A model generated the notes under the pieces. It worked only from the letters and a program-made list of their open reading frames with translations. It was not told the DNA's origin and searched no databases. From Antechinus flavipes (Eukaryota): a stretch of DNA of 64,000 bases. Shown here in pieces: positions 1 through 11,785 of this stretch; the stretch's first letter is position 1; every line of letters begins with the position of its first letter. Both the position numbers and the translations under genes were made by a program. The stretch spans positions 255,998,001 through 256,062,000 of the forward strand of contig NC_067403.1 of assembly GCF_016432865.1 (NCBI RefSeq). The letters are read 5' to 3'.

Positions 1-3000
1 ATAAACTCAAATATTTTATATATAGTCAATCTTTGAAAGTGTTACTTCCACAGATTTCTTTAAATTAAAAAAAAGTTTGATTTTTAGAGTTTTATCCTGT
101 ATTTTGCTGAGGCCATTATAATCTAGATTAGTTTCTCTTTTGTGTTTTGAAAATATGGTGTATATTATTCATGGGCCACACTAAAGTCTCATCTAGGCTT
201 TGATTTGTCCCAGTATCAGAATCTAGATACCATAAACGCTCAGAATTATTGGAATTGGATTCCAGGAGATGACCCTAAGGACCGACTACCCCTTTGGAAT
301 ACTAAAGTCCACTTAGGGCTCTAGAATTCTATATATCGTTTCTGTACCTGTGTGTCTGTTTGTCTCAATAATGTAGTTCAAAGCCTTCTCTTCCCCTTCC
401 CCTCAGTAATCTGACGCCCTTTACAGCCCCAGCCACCTGAACTATGATAGGTCTCCCATATGCTGAGTTTTTCTCCCCTGAAAATTCTACTCTTTTCTTC
501 CTGGAGCTTTGTATGAATTCCAGCAGCCCCCCCACCCAATCCCTCCAGAGCTCCCCCACACAATGAACTTCCCTCCTGGACTGCTCCCCATCACTTGTAT
601 TTTCTCAGATGTTGTATATTGATTTTTTTTTTTAATTTCAGTTTCATTTTTGACAAACTAGACTGCAGAAATTCTCTGAGATGGTGACTTTAAGTATAAC
701 ACCAGAGCAGTGATTCTTTGGGGCAGTTTTTTATCTTAGGTGCTGACCTCGGCCATGTGCACTGTTTCCTTGTCTGAGTCTCTTTTCTAAATGGTAACTA
801 TAAATACTGTGTAAGTATATGTATGTGCACGTATGTGGATCAACGGCCAAATACTTCTGTGCAGATATTCTTATTTTAGTCACAAATCCTTCAGAAATGA
901 TAATTGTTCTGTGTCCAAGTATTTCTATCGTCGTTACCTCAAGACAATTTGAGGTGACGGTTGTAGGAGTCTTGAGTTACAGCCCTACCTAAGCCAGAAG
1001 TTCAAAGCCAATTTGGGGTTTCTATCCTGCTCTAAGTACAATAGACCAACTGTCACTAAACTACTCAATTCCTGCTAGGACTGTCCTCAGGTGGAAAGGG
1101 GGGCCTTCCAGTGATCAGTATCCTAATACTTGCCACGTGGATGAAAGGCCACTGGACTTGGATCAGGGAATAAGGAATGCTCCTAATTCCAAGGCACATT
1201 TTTGTTCTGTTTGTCTCTTTATTCACAGTTGTTCATTTTTCACATCCTTTTGTGAAGAGAGAAGGTCTGTGCAAGGTCTTAAATCAGAGTAATAATATTT
1301 CTTATTGTTTTTCCATTGAAACAGAAAGATTTTATGATTTGTATGCATCCAGTGACCGTATAGAAATGTTGATTTTATTTTTGTATTTACTTTACATTCC
1401 ATTTTCTAAAACTACTTATTGTTATAATTATACTCGAATAACCCCTTGGTTCTAGTCCCATGGCCATGGCCCATGATGGTAGCAACTAGATCTAAGCTGT
1501 CCCCCTTAACCTTCCTAAGCTCTCAGTGCAGAGTTCTGCAAGTAGATGGTTGATGATTGTTGTTTTTAAATGGAATGCCCCGTGGAAAAGGTAGCGTCCT
1601 GGTGTGCTGGGATAGTACTAACTAGGCTTTGTTTGGTTTGTGACTTCGGTGGTCATTTTAAGTTTTATTTCAGTGCTGATTTCAGATATTCCATATAAAT
1701 CCATTAAGTGCAATTTAATCAAACATATGTGTACATTATGCTTCATGGAGACTATTAGAGCCGTGCCGTGTAATATCAGAGAACTAGTATTACGCTTGTC
1801 TGAAGTGATCCTGTTCTTCCTAGAATTGCTCTGCATACAAGAGGAAAGCATCCAGTTACTGCTAAAAATGCAGGAGCCCTTTTTCTCTGCTCATTTTATG
1901 GATATTTGTTTCTTGAACCATATTCAGAAGCTCACATACCTTCCTGCTGCCCAGCAACCTTTCTCCCGAGACTTTGTACAACCAGATTCTTACCTCCCGT
2001 GTATTTTCCACAAAAGTTTAGAAATGTTTGGTGTCTCCCTGCAGCCCTCCCACTTCCTACCATCCAGGGGGTAGTGACCTTTCTCAGACCTCAAGTGGCA
2101 ACCCTTGATTTATAGCACCCTGATAGAATGGATGCTTGGTAATTTTAGGATAAAAGAAATTATACAAAATTTCAAACTCCACAAGACCTATTCATGTTAT
2201 GTTTTCATGACTTGAAGTAGTAGTAATGATTGTTTCCTGAACATTTCTGTGTCTTTGAGTGTTTCCTTTTATGTATTGTCAATATGACTTCGTTTATATT
2301 TCCCCCTTTTTTCCCAAGCAGCTTTTTTCCTGTTATGGGCCAGAACTCTACTTGAAGTCTGTCTTAGTCCCAGAACTTGTGCTCCAGCCTCCAGCTACTG
2401 TCTTCCTCCAGTCTATCTCCAAGCCCTTAATACCTTGTAAGAATCCTTGTTTCAGAGTTCTGGCCCATCCTACAATTCAAATATTATTCAAATGTTTAAG
2501 CTGTGCAGTCATTCTTTGCTTGTGGGACATGGGGATTGCTAGGGTTTTACTGTTTTGAATAATCTTGTTCCTACCAATGGATTTGCTTCAAGCACAGCAC
2601 TAATGGAGTCGGAAGCATTGGCAGTGCTGCCGAACTTTATTGAAGGGCATCATATTGTATTGAGATCATACTGATTTCTTACTGCCACTATGGCAGCACA
2701 TCGTGGCCATTTTGCCACAGCACAAACGGCAATTGAATATCGTCTTCCACAATATTGGCCAATTTGGCTTCACTGTATTATGCCAGTTTTTCTAGTTTGC
2801 TTTTCTCTTAGTTGTATTTCTTTTAAAAGCCATCCGAGTATATCCTAATCTTTTGGGAAAATGATCATTACTTATAGAGATTTTATACTTATATATAATA
2901 CATTTTAATATTTTGATTAATGGATTTTAGTTTTTCCCCCAAGAGTACCTCCTCCCCGGCCCTATATATTTGCTTGCCTTTTTCCCTTTGTTTTATAATT

Positions 3001-3057
3001 TGTCAGTATAGTACCTCCTTTACATGCCTAAAATGCATTTTTGTTCAATTCACTACT

Positions 3058-3446
3058 TGTTAGGGTCCCGAGCGTGGTATTCACGGCAAAAGCAGGTCTC
3101 CTTCCTCCGCACTCTAAGTCCGTCCTCTGCGGACTCAGCTTCGGGCGTCCCCGGATCCCTCGAAAGGGAAATGACTAGACAGGGAGCCGGAGTTAATGCA
3201 GCTTTTTATTCAAGGAGTAGCAAAAGAAAATGTTCCCCCTACAAGTCTGTGCTTCTTTTATCCCTCTAGGCTTCTCTTCCGGTATTTTGGTGGTCCCTCC
3301 TAGATCCTCCCCGAAGGTGGAGCTATGTTCCTCTTGTGCCTTCCCAGTGCCCTCGGTCTCTGCCTACGTGGCAGTTCTGGGTGGGCGGGTTCAGACATGG
3401 AACCGCTCACTTCCCATCCAGGAGGTCTATTCTGGAGCCCCTCACA
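3058..3446 (-). mobile_element. ERV solo LTR (389 bp, 6-bp TSD, ERV2-like)
   Basis: TG(3058)...CA(3446) termini; perfect TSD ACTACT at 3052-3057 and 3447-3452; minus-strand AATAAA (tttatt 3205-3210) and TATA-like GGGATAAAAG near 3256-3264; GC-richer than flanks. Confidence 0.85.
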
Positions 3447-5926
3447 ACTACTCAAATAGTGCAAGATTTCCTTTCACTCTTAATTCTTAATGATTTTATA
3501 ACTACATTTATATTACCTCTGTATTTGCAATATATCTGGCTAAATGATGTCAAAGTTTATTTTATTTTTCCCTTTGAAATAGAATTTTCCTTCTGTCCTA
3601 GCCTTTAGCTTTTGTATTTTATTAAGTTGTATATTGTATAAATAGAGTTTGTTGATCTTTTCTAACATCTAATATTAGATTTTGGAGTTACATATAAATC
3701 CATCTCCCTACTTTCATATAAGTAGCTTTTAAAATTTGTCACAAAAGTTTTTATTTAATCCTATAAAGTACTGATCTTGAGACATTGTGTAACACCAAAA
3801 ATCAATAAAATAGGTCAATTTTAATCATTTTTAGGGTATTGACTGAATCTAACTGTATCCGAATTCTCCAATTTCCTTATTCCTCAAAAAAAATCTTTTA
3901 TCATTGACTTAAGATATGTTTAATGAGGTCATCAGTCAGATATGATTGAAAAATAATAAAAGGGTATTTAGGATGACTATCTAAGTGTTCTGTTGATGCA
4001 ATGTGGTTCAGCTTAGCAATATGTTAAGCAATGTTTAGCTAATTGGTTTCTCTTTCCTCATCTGACATAGCAGTAAGTCCTAAGTCCTCAGTTCTTTACA
4101 ACTAAGTAAAAGGAATCACATTTACATTAGGTAGATTAAAAACAAAAAAAATTTAATTTTAACAAAGTATTGAAAAAATTGCTCTTGTTTTATATAACAC
4201 CTCCCCCTAAGAAACCAAGAACTTTTTGCTATCTTGGATGGTGTGCTGTGACTTCCATAATTATATTCAGTGTGAATATGCAGGTGTGTATAAATAGATA
4301 TTTCTAGCGCAGCTTTCTTCACGTTTCCTTCTTTCCTTGAGTCATTTCATTCAGCACGATCATGTGTCACTTATTTCCAGATTTACCCTTGTCCCCCATG
4401 AACCTTTCCTTGGAATCAATTAGAAAGCTCCTTAGAAGGAAGAAGTTCTTGTATCGAGTTGCATTTTTCTGATGTATATGTAAGTTTCCAATACATTTGG
4501 CAAAGATATTCTCTTTTACCCTGTTTCGTTTCTTGATTATTTTTACTCTGCTGCCTATAACGTGTCTTGGTTGAATACTTCAGAATTGTGTAGCAAAGTT
4601 AACTACAACATTCCTTTATCTCCTAATACTTATTATTTGGATTATTGAAATCATTGGAATTTCTGGCATAATGTAGAATATCCCTTCCTCGGTGTTTTCC
4701 ATGATCTTGGTTTTATCTAATATTAGTCTATCTGTTTGGTTCTGCGTTTCTGATTTATTTGATATCAGATACTTTGAAAAACATTTAAGGACACGTTATC
4801 AATGATTGATTTTCACTAAATTCTGTGAAAGTGCAAGACAGAAATCCTTTAAATGGATCTTTAAACTTTTCTTAGTTGCAGGGGGTTTTATTTAAGAAGT
4901 AGACATTAACAAGGTAATGGCATCATGCTCTTTTCCATGCCTTTCCGGTGTGGTTTGCTATTTATATTATATACTTGTTGCCAACCATACCCAACAGTTG
5001 AACAGATGGAGTGTTTCTGATTTTTCTAAGAATATTTTTGTACCAGGGAGAGCAAATGTGGACCTTTCAGAGCCAGACTGAAAATAGGGCTTCCTGGCAC
5101 TAAGGACAGGAGTCTCATCTGTTCCTCCTTGATTTCCCCTCAATATGGAAGCTATGAACAAGTTTATTTGAGTTTTGTCATATTCAAAAAAATGCCCTTG
5201 TTTATCTCGAGTCCTTCCAATTAGGGATTGCAAATATTTTAACTAAAGTCTTTGCCCTCTAAAATGTATAAGATAACATCCTGGTGCTTAAGTTACATTC
5301 TTCTTGCTAGAGGTTGAAAATTTTCATGTGGATTTTGATTTGTTTTCTCTTGGGAACTGCTTGTTCCCATTTGTCTCTTGTGTTGGTAGCTCATAATATC
5401 ACCATAAGCTTCAATGTCAGAATTATATCCAAAAACATTGATAAAGATTTTCCCTTAAATTCTTGGTTTTCTTGTACCTATTGAGGACACTAAGACACTT
5501 TGTAATCATTGTGGTAGTGGTATGATATTTAATTCTTAGCTTTTAAAAAAAATTGTATTTGCTATACTTTTTCACATGGTCTGTTTTTATTTAATATTTC
5601 TTCTCCTCAGTATTTGTGATCCTGGAGTAGTTATACATTTGATTCTAGCTCAAAATAACCTGTTCACATCAATGTCTTTTTCTGATTCATAACTAGCTCC
5701 AGATAGTTTTAGAAATGTTGCCATGCAAATACCTCTTTTTCCTTCCCATAATTTTCTTTGTTCTTCTGCAAATTCATTTTTACTTATTATTTTGAAATAG
5801 CCTATTGGTGGTATATAAGTAATACAATAGCAAACGAGTAGGTTTAATATATTAGCTCCATCTAGCCAAGCACATTGAATCTCTCAAGTTATTAGATCTT
5901 TGCTCTTTTTCTAAAATACATAAATA

Positions 5927-6042
5927 GAAGCAGCTAAATTGTACAGTGGATAGAGTTCCTCCTGGAATTAGAAGGACGTGAGCTCAAATTCCACCTCAGG
6001 CACTTTACATCCCATTTGGATCAAGAATTAAAAAAAAAAAAA
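5927..6042 (+). mobile_element. diverged tRNA-derived SINE (WSINE1/Mar-like)
   Basis: gcagctaaattgtacagtggatagag...gagctcaaattccacctcag...poly(A); resembles the intact copies at 13147 and 16774. Confidence 0.65.
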
Positions 6043-7924
6043 ACTGAAGTAGTATTAAATATTTATATTTAATCTTAATCTTAAGTAAATGCTTAAAATA
6101 CTTATACTTAAATATTAAAATAATTTTGTGATAGGTCTAATTACATCTTGGTGTATAAATGTATTTGCTAGATGGTCATTATCACCATTTAAATTTATTT
6201 TTTGTCTTTTGTGGCTTTATTTTAAGTATGAAAATTTGGGAGTGATTTATCTTGGTTTTAATTTTTTTTAAGTTGCATTTCTTGGTAATATGTTTCAGTG
6301 AAGCCATTTGCTTTTGTATCTTATCTTGTAACTTATTCCCTTCCCCTCCCATAATATGCCCTTTAAGATCCCTTACCCCGTCTTTGTTGTAATCAGCCCT
6401 TCCTCCTCCTTGCCAAGTGGATGCTTCCCATCCCTTCTCATCTCATCATGCTTAGATAATAAACCTGTCCATTTCCGTGGTCTCTCTATATTTGTCATTT
6501 TGTGTGGGACAATTGGATCCCTGAAGATCCATATAGGCTGACTTTTTTGCCCCCCCTGGTGGGCAGACACATGAGTTGTTCAGAGCTAAGAATATTAGGT
6601 AAAAAGGTTTCCTCGTTGATTGGTTACATTTTTAGTTCTAATCAATTGATGTGACATTGTCTTGAATAGAGATTGTGGCTGTCCACAGAAGTATTTGCTA
6701 CAAAGATTCCACTTTATGCCCCCATCTGTGGTTCATTTTGTTGTACTGTTAAATAATTATCTATTTGGATACCAAGAATTTTTTACCTCTTGGATATTAT
6801 AGTTCATTTTCTATTTCTTTATGATGCTTTAAATCTTTATTGACATAATTGGAATTGTGATGTGTGAGATGTGAATCTAAAACAGCATGACTAGAGTAAA
6901 ATTTAATTTTCTGGTTATTAAAAATTAATATCTCCCTAATATATTAACACTTCAGGTTAATCAGGCTGTTGTCTATCGTGCACACTTTGGTTTTGACCTA
7001 TTAAGCGAAATTATATACAGATTATTGCTTTTTTTATAGAGTATATTTTGATTTCCTTATATAAATCCTCCTTCCAAACACCGTCTTCCAATTTTCTTTG
7101 ATACTAGCCCTATGTTTTCTTCTAATTATTAAGTAATGAATTGATATTAAGGAACTGGGGTTATATTGGCATCTTGGCTGTAATTTATTGGTTTTTCTTC
7201 AACTTATTTGTACAAAAAATGTTTGTAATTTTTTAGGCTGTATGTCTTAATCGGTGAATACTTTTCCTCACTGCTCTGCTCTGACCATATTCTCAATGTC
7301 ACCAAGACTAGGGATGCAGCAGTTTTTGCCTGTAATTTCCTCCCCAAAAGACCACCCCTCATAGAGACGGCAGAATCCAGCAAACACTGGGCCCCGGGCC
7401 ACACCCCCAGATGTGTTGTAAGCATGTGACCTCTGACCCAAGGTGAGTGGTGGGTTTCATCTCGGTTTTCCATGCCGCGGCTCAGGATGCCGTCGGGTTT
7501 TCTTGGGCGCCACTGGTAAACGGTTCTTGGTTTGCGGGATCTCCGCTGTATCAGTTCCTACAAGTTTCCAGATATTTCTTGCAGGCCAATAATCTAATCA
7601 TAGACCCAAAGTGCTTAGTGTACTTGTTGGACACTAGAAAGGTTTTTGTACGTATGGTCCTTTTCCGCTTTTGTAACCTTTGCCCATCTGATGGACATAA
7701 AATAGAAACAAGTTGTTTTCATTTGCCTTTCTTGAAATATTAGTGATTTAGAGCATTTGTATGATTTTTTTGATGACCTGGCTACACGGTCATATGCTTG
7801 GATCACTTTTAATAGGGCTTTCAACCTAGTGCAAAATTCTCTTAGATCTAAATTATATATAAATACATACACACACGTATGTATGCACAGATACAGAAAT
7901 ATAGTTATTTTCTGTTTTTTAAAA

Positions 7925-8830
7925 AAAAAGTATCTTGGAAATGAGACCTTTATCAGAGAAGCTTAAGTGTTTTTGGTTTTTTCCATTAACCTATTCCCTC
8001 TGGCATTACTATATTACATTTGTTTGTGCAAAAACCTTCAACAATTTGATCCCAGTTGTTCCTTGGATGAGCTGTTTCATGTTCTGTTTATCCCAGACTT
8101 TCCTCTACCCCTAGATCTGAAAGGCAGAAATTTCCCTTTCCTCTGATTTGTCTGGCTCGTGTATCCCTCTGAGGAGGGATTTTGTGTGCGGTTTGCCCTG
8201 ACTTTCCTTCTCCCGCTGTTGGCTGCTGTGACCCTTGGACCAGAACTTCCCCAGACCCAACCCTGCTGCTGTATGGGGTAGGTCTGTCCTGCAGGCTCCA
8301 GCCTGGGCCGGCCTCTGTACTGTTCCCTCTGGGAGGTAAGACCGTGTTAACTTGTCCTAACCCCTTCTGTTCACATCTTTGATCCTTGAGTTGTTGGCCA
8401 CGGCCCATTGATACCTGTAGCTGTTGCTTCTGTGTCTTGGGTTTTATCGGCCGTTCGTTTGGATGAGGACTTCCAGCCTCGCCGCCATTTTGAATGGTCC
8501 GTGCTATTCTGACTCGGATCGTGGTTCCCTCATATTGAGCTCGTGTGGGACCTTCGGAGCGTGTGGTGTGAACTGCTGCTCCCACCCTGTTTTTCCCACA
8601 AATTGTTTTCCACGGTTTTGTGGACTTGGAATTGTTCTCCCAGCTTCCTGTGGCCCGGTGGCCTGGTAGCAGCTACTTCTGATAATTGCTTTGTAATGTA
8701 GCTTGAGATCTAACAGAAGCAAACCCCTGCATTCCCATTTGTTCATGATTGTCCTTGACCTTTTGTTCCTCCAAATGAAATCTGTCTCATTGTCTAGAGT
8801 GACCCCTTTAGAGAGTGTTATTTCACCTAA
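7925..8830 (-). mobile_element. old fragmented LINE-1 ORF2 remnant
   Basis: Minus-strand translation near 8690-8790, DFIWRNKRSRTIM...GLLLLDLKLHYKAII, resembles the L1 ORF2 motif KFIW..KR.RI......GG..LPD.KLYYKA; gagacctttatcagaga at ~7943 is also L1-antisense-like. Boundaries approximate and the middle may be unrelated sequence. Confidence 0.6.
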
Positions 8831-10149
8831 AATCTCCCAGACCTGCCCTGTTCTCCAAGGAAAATCCCTCCCTGCATCCAGGCCCCAAGCCTCTGGCTGT
8901 CCGAGCTTCCTAGACCCCCAGGGGCCTCCCTCTTCCTCCTCCTTTCCTGTAACAATCACTGTCCCTCCCATGAGCCCTCTCCCTCCCCCCCAATGGTGAC
9001 GGCCTCTTTGGTGACTGGGGGATGGTGGCTGTCTGAATCCCTCGGCTTTCTCAGTGCCCCCAACCCTTGACTCCAGCCCCTCACCCACTTGGAAAGTCTT
9101 CCCTCCCGGACTCCCGGGTCTTTGGGAAGGAGGCCGGGGAAGCCGGCCATGGACCGTGATATCAAGGGAGTGAGATGGGCCAAAGCTGGCCACTCCATGT
9201 GCAAGCAGATGGGAGACCCTCCTCCATCCTCTGGAAGCGAGCGAGCAGGAGCCACAGGGAAGCAGTGAGTGAGTGAGTGCCACAGGACGTGGGCCTGGGG
9301 GGAGGGGGCACGCCTGTGGATGACCTTGGAGGCAGCGGGGAGAAGCCCACGTTCAAATCCTGCTCTGTGACTTGTTGTGGGACCTTGGACGGGTCTCTCC
9401 ATCACCTTTTGTGTAAAGAGAGGAAGCTGGCTGTGGCCCCACGAGGGCTCCATCAGGAAGGTGGCTGCTGGGAGCAGGACGTTCTTGGTTGCTCAGTCTC
9501 CTTGGCTGGATTTTTTACCCCGTGGTCTTGGGCAGATGATGGGATAATGGAAGATGGGAGGAAGATGGCCAGCTGGGCTGGTGGCGGCTGCCATCCACAG
9601 AGACCCACTGTGTGATGTAGTGGGGGAAAGCATGGCTGTCAGGAGGGGGCGAGGGGTCTCTGCCATAAGGAAGGTGTGCTCAAAACCCCAAAAGGCTGAG
9701 AAGCTCTTGTCCTAGGACATCTGTGGAGGAGCTAGGGCAACGTCCAGGAGAGACCCAGGGGAAGGGGCAGAAGGAAGGTCAGCCCCAGGGGTTCCCCTCC
9801 CTCCATTCCCTTCCTTCCTAGGGTTCAGCAAGATTAAATGGAAAAAGAGGAGCAGCTCAAGGCAGGCTTGGTAAGATTTCCTTGGGGGCCTTCGAGTGGG
9901 AGGGATGGAGCAGCCAAGAGCCACGTCTGTGGGGAGGGGGGCGCCGGCCAAGGGCAAGGCCGGGCTCTGGTGGGCACTAACTTTACTCCTCTAGCAGCTC
10001 TGGAGGCCAGGCAGGAAGTCTCCTTTGTCCTCGGCTTGTCTTGTGAATGACCGCACTAGAACCATCTCGTCAGCAAAGAGCCAGCCCTGGGGAGCAGGAC
10101 GAGGGGGAGCAGTGGAGAGAAGTTACGGAAGGGACAGATGAGAACAGGC

Positions 10150-10960
10150 TTGGAGAGGAGGAAGGAAGAAGAGGGAATGGAGAGATGGAGAAGAGGGAAA
10201 GGAGAGTTGGAGAGATGGAGAAGAGGGAAAGGAGAGTTGGAGAGATGGAGAAGAGGGAAAGGAGAGAAGGAGAGAGAGAGAAGAGGGAAAGGAGAGATAG
10301 AGAGATGGAGAGTTGAAGAGGGAAAGGAGAGATAGAGAGATGGAGAGTTGAAGAGGGAAAGGAGAGATAGAGAGATGGAGAGTTGAAGAGGGAAAGGAGA
10401 GATGGAGAGATGGAGAGATGGAGAGTTGAAGAGGGAAAGGAGAGGAGAGAGAGAGAAGAGGGAAAGGAGAGGAGAGAGAGAAGATGGAGAAGAGGGAAAG
10501 GAGAGGAGAGAGAGAAGATGGAGAAGAGGGAAAGGAGAGGAGAGAGAGAAGATGGAGAAGAGGGAAAGGAGAGAAGAGAGAAGATGGAGAAGAGGGAAAG
10601 GAGAGAAGGAGAGATAGAGAAGAGGAAAGGAGAGAAGGAGAGAGAGAAGATGGAGAAGAGGGAAAGGAGAGAAGGAGAGATGGAGAAGAGGGAAAGGAGA
10701 GAAGGAGAGATGGAGAAGAGGGAAAGGAGAGAAGGAGAGTTGGAGAAGAGGGAAAGGAGAGTTGGAGAAGAGGGAAAGGAGAGATGGAGAAGAGGGAAAG
10801 AGAGATGGAGAGTTGAAGAGGGAATGGAGAGTTGGAGAAGAGGGAAAGGAGAGAAAGAGAGATGGAGAGTTGAAGAGGGAAAGGAGAGAAGGAGAGATAG
10901 AGAAGAGGGAAAGGAGAGATGGAGAGGTGGAAATGGAGGGGAGAGGAGGGAAAAGTCAGA
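10150..10960 (+). repeat. cytosine-free GA-rich tandem array (core GAAGAGGGAAAGGAGA, more than 20 copies, 20-35 nt period)
   Basis: Read directly: no C between about 10150 and 10956; recurring units such as GGAGAAGAGGGAAAGGAGAGATGGAGA and GTTGAAGAGGGAAAGGAGAGA. Confidence 0.95.
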
Positions 10961-11203
10961 TGGAACGAGGAGAGGAGGAAGGATCTTGGAGAGAAGATAA
11001 GTCAGGAGAGCAGGGGAAGCTCAGATGGACAGAAGAGAAAGGGAGAGGAAGGATCTTGGAGAAAAGAGGGAAGGTCAGTTGGAGAGAAGGGGAGATGAGG
11101 AGTCAGCAAAGGGAGGGCCAGAGCCTGTTCCTGGAGGCTGAAGGGGAAGGAGGCTCCTCCTCCCTGGCAGTTCTGGGGGACAATGGGGGGCAGCCCCGTC
11201 CGC

Positions 11204-11293
11204 GGGTGTTTCTTTTCCTGAGGCCGCCTGGCAGCCTCAGGTTTTGCTTTTCACCCTTAAAATGTGTGAGAGAGAAGGTGCCAAAAAGCAAAA
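11204..11293 (+). other. 3'-terminal RNA triple helix (ENE plus A-rich tract) of NEAT1_2
   Basis: Outer stem GGGTG(11204-08)/CACCC(11252-56); U-rich 1 TTTCTTTT(11209-16); inner stem CCTGAGGC(11217-24)/GCCTCAGG(11234-41); U-rich 2 TTTTGCTTTT(11242-51), perfectly complementary to AAAAGCAAAA(11284-93). Confidence 0.95.
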
Positions 11294-11346
11294 GGCACTG
11301 GTGGTGGCACGCCCAGTGGGCCGGGGTTCGAGTCCCCGCGGTGCCT
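11294..11346 (+). ncRNA. menRNA-like tRNA-mimic small RNA (RNase P/RNase Z substrate)
   Basis: Acceptor GGCACTG(11294-300)/CGGTGCC(11339-45); D-arm GTG-GTGG-CAC(11301-10); short arm GCCC-AGT-GGGC(11311-21); T-arm CGGGG-TTCGAGT-CCCCG(11322-38); begins exactly after the A-tract. Confidence 0.95.
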
Positions 11347-11649
11347 CTGCTGCTACTGGCTCCCTTCTCTCCCGTGAGGACTCCAGCTGGGGAGGGTCTG
11401 GGTTCCAGGATTGGGGAGGGGGCCAAAGTTGCTTCTCTTGGTTGTTCTGGGCCCTGAACGGGGCACCTGGCAGTGGGCAGGCCCGAGTCACAGAATCTGA
11501 GCCGGGCTGAGCTCAGACCATCAGGTTCCCTATATACCAGCCATAAGGACAAAAAGGAAAAGTCCCCACCTTCAAGGGGCTTGTATTTTGATGGGGGCAC
11601 TTACATGTGGGCATACAGTAGGTGACAAAAACAGCCCTTGGAGTTTTGC

Positions 11650-11785
11650 AAGTTCTATACGTGACCTTGTGAGTTTATATCCCCATTCTTACAGATGAGT
11701 AAACCGAGGCCCAGAGCTTAAGCCACTTGCTCAGGATCACGCAGCTTCATTAGGAAGTGGCTTTTGAGCCTGGAACATCATCCGA
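11650..11785 (-). mobile_element. MIR/CORE-SINE fragment
   Basis: ccccattcttacagatgagtaaaccgaggcccagag...cttgctcaggatcacgcagc is the CORE consensus in reverse. Similar fragments occur near 17500, 20390, 21280 and 23640. Confidence 0.75.

Larger units (their letters stand above)
1..11293 (+). ncRNA. NEAT1: 3' portion of NEAT1 long isoform (MEN-beta/NEAT1_2) orthologue; 5' end lies upstream of the window
   Basis: Ends in the diagnostic triple-helix plus tRNA-like module, whose sequence matches the MEN-beta form (GGTGTTTCTTTT...CTCAGGTTTTGCTTTTCACC...AAAAAGCAAAAGGC..GGTGGTGGCAC..GGGGTTCGAGTCCCC) rather than the MALAT1 form. It lies about 46 kb upstream of MALAT1 on the same strand, as in eutherians. 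That transcription covers all of 1-11.2 kb is inferred from the known ~20 kb unspliced isoform, not seen directly. Confidence 0.8.

Noticed and set aside
4300-6700. Possible old antisense L1 within NEAT1
   Set aside because: T-rich texture and a few L1-like words, but I could not recover a convincing ORF motif or boundaries.
11204-11346. Interpreting this element as the MALAT1 3' end/mascRNA
   Set aside because: The sequence matches the MEN-beta form (GG start, GGTGGTGGCAC, TTCGAGT loop), and MALAT1 itself begins 46 kb downstream with its 3' end outside the window.
10047-11457. Long E/R/K/G-rich ORFs (e.g. 10383-11000, 10762-11457)
   Set aside because: They are by-products of the C-free GA repeat, open in several frames at once; the last one runs through the triple helix and menRNA.
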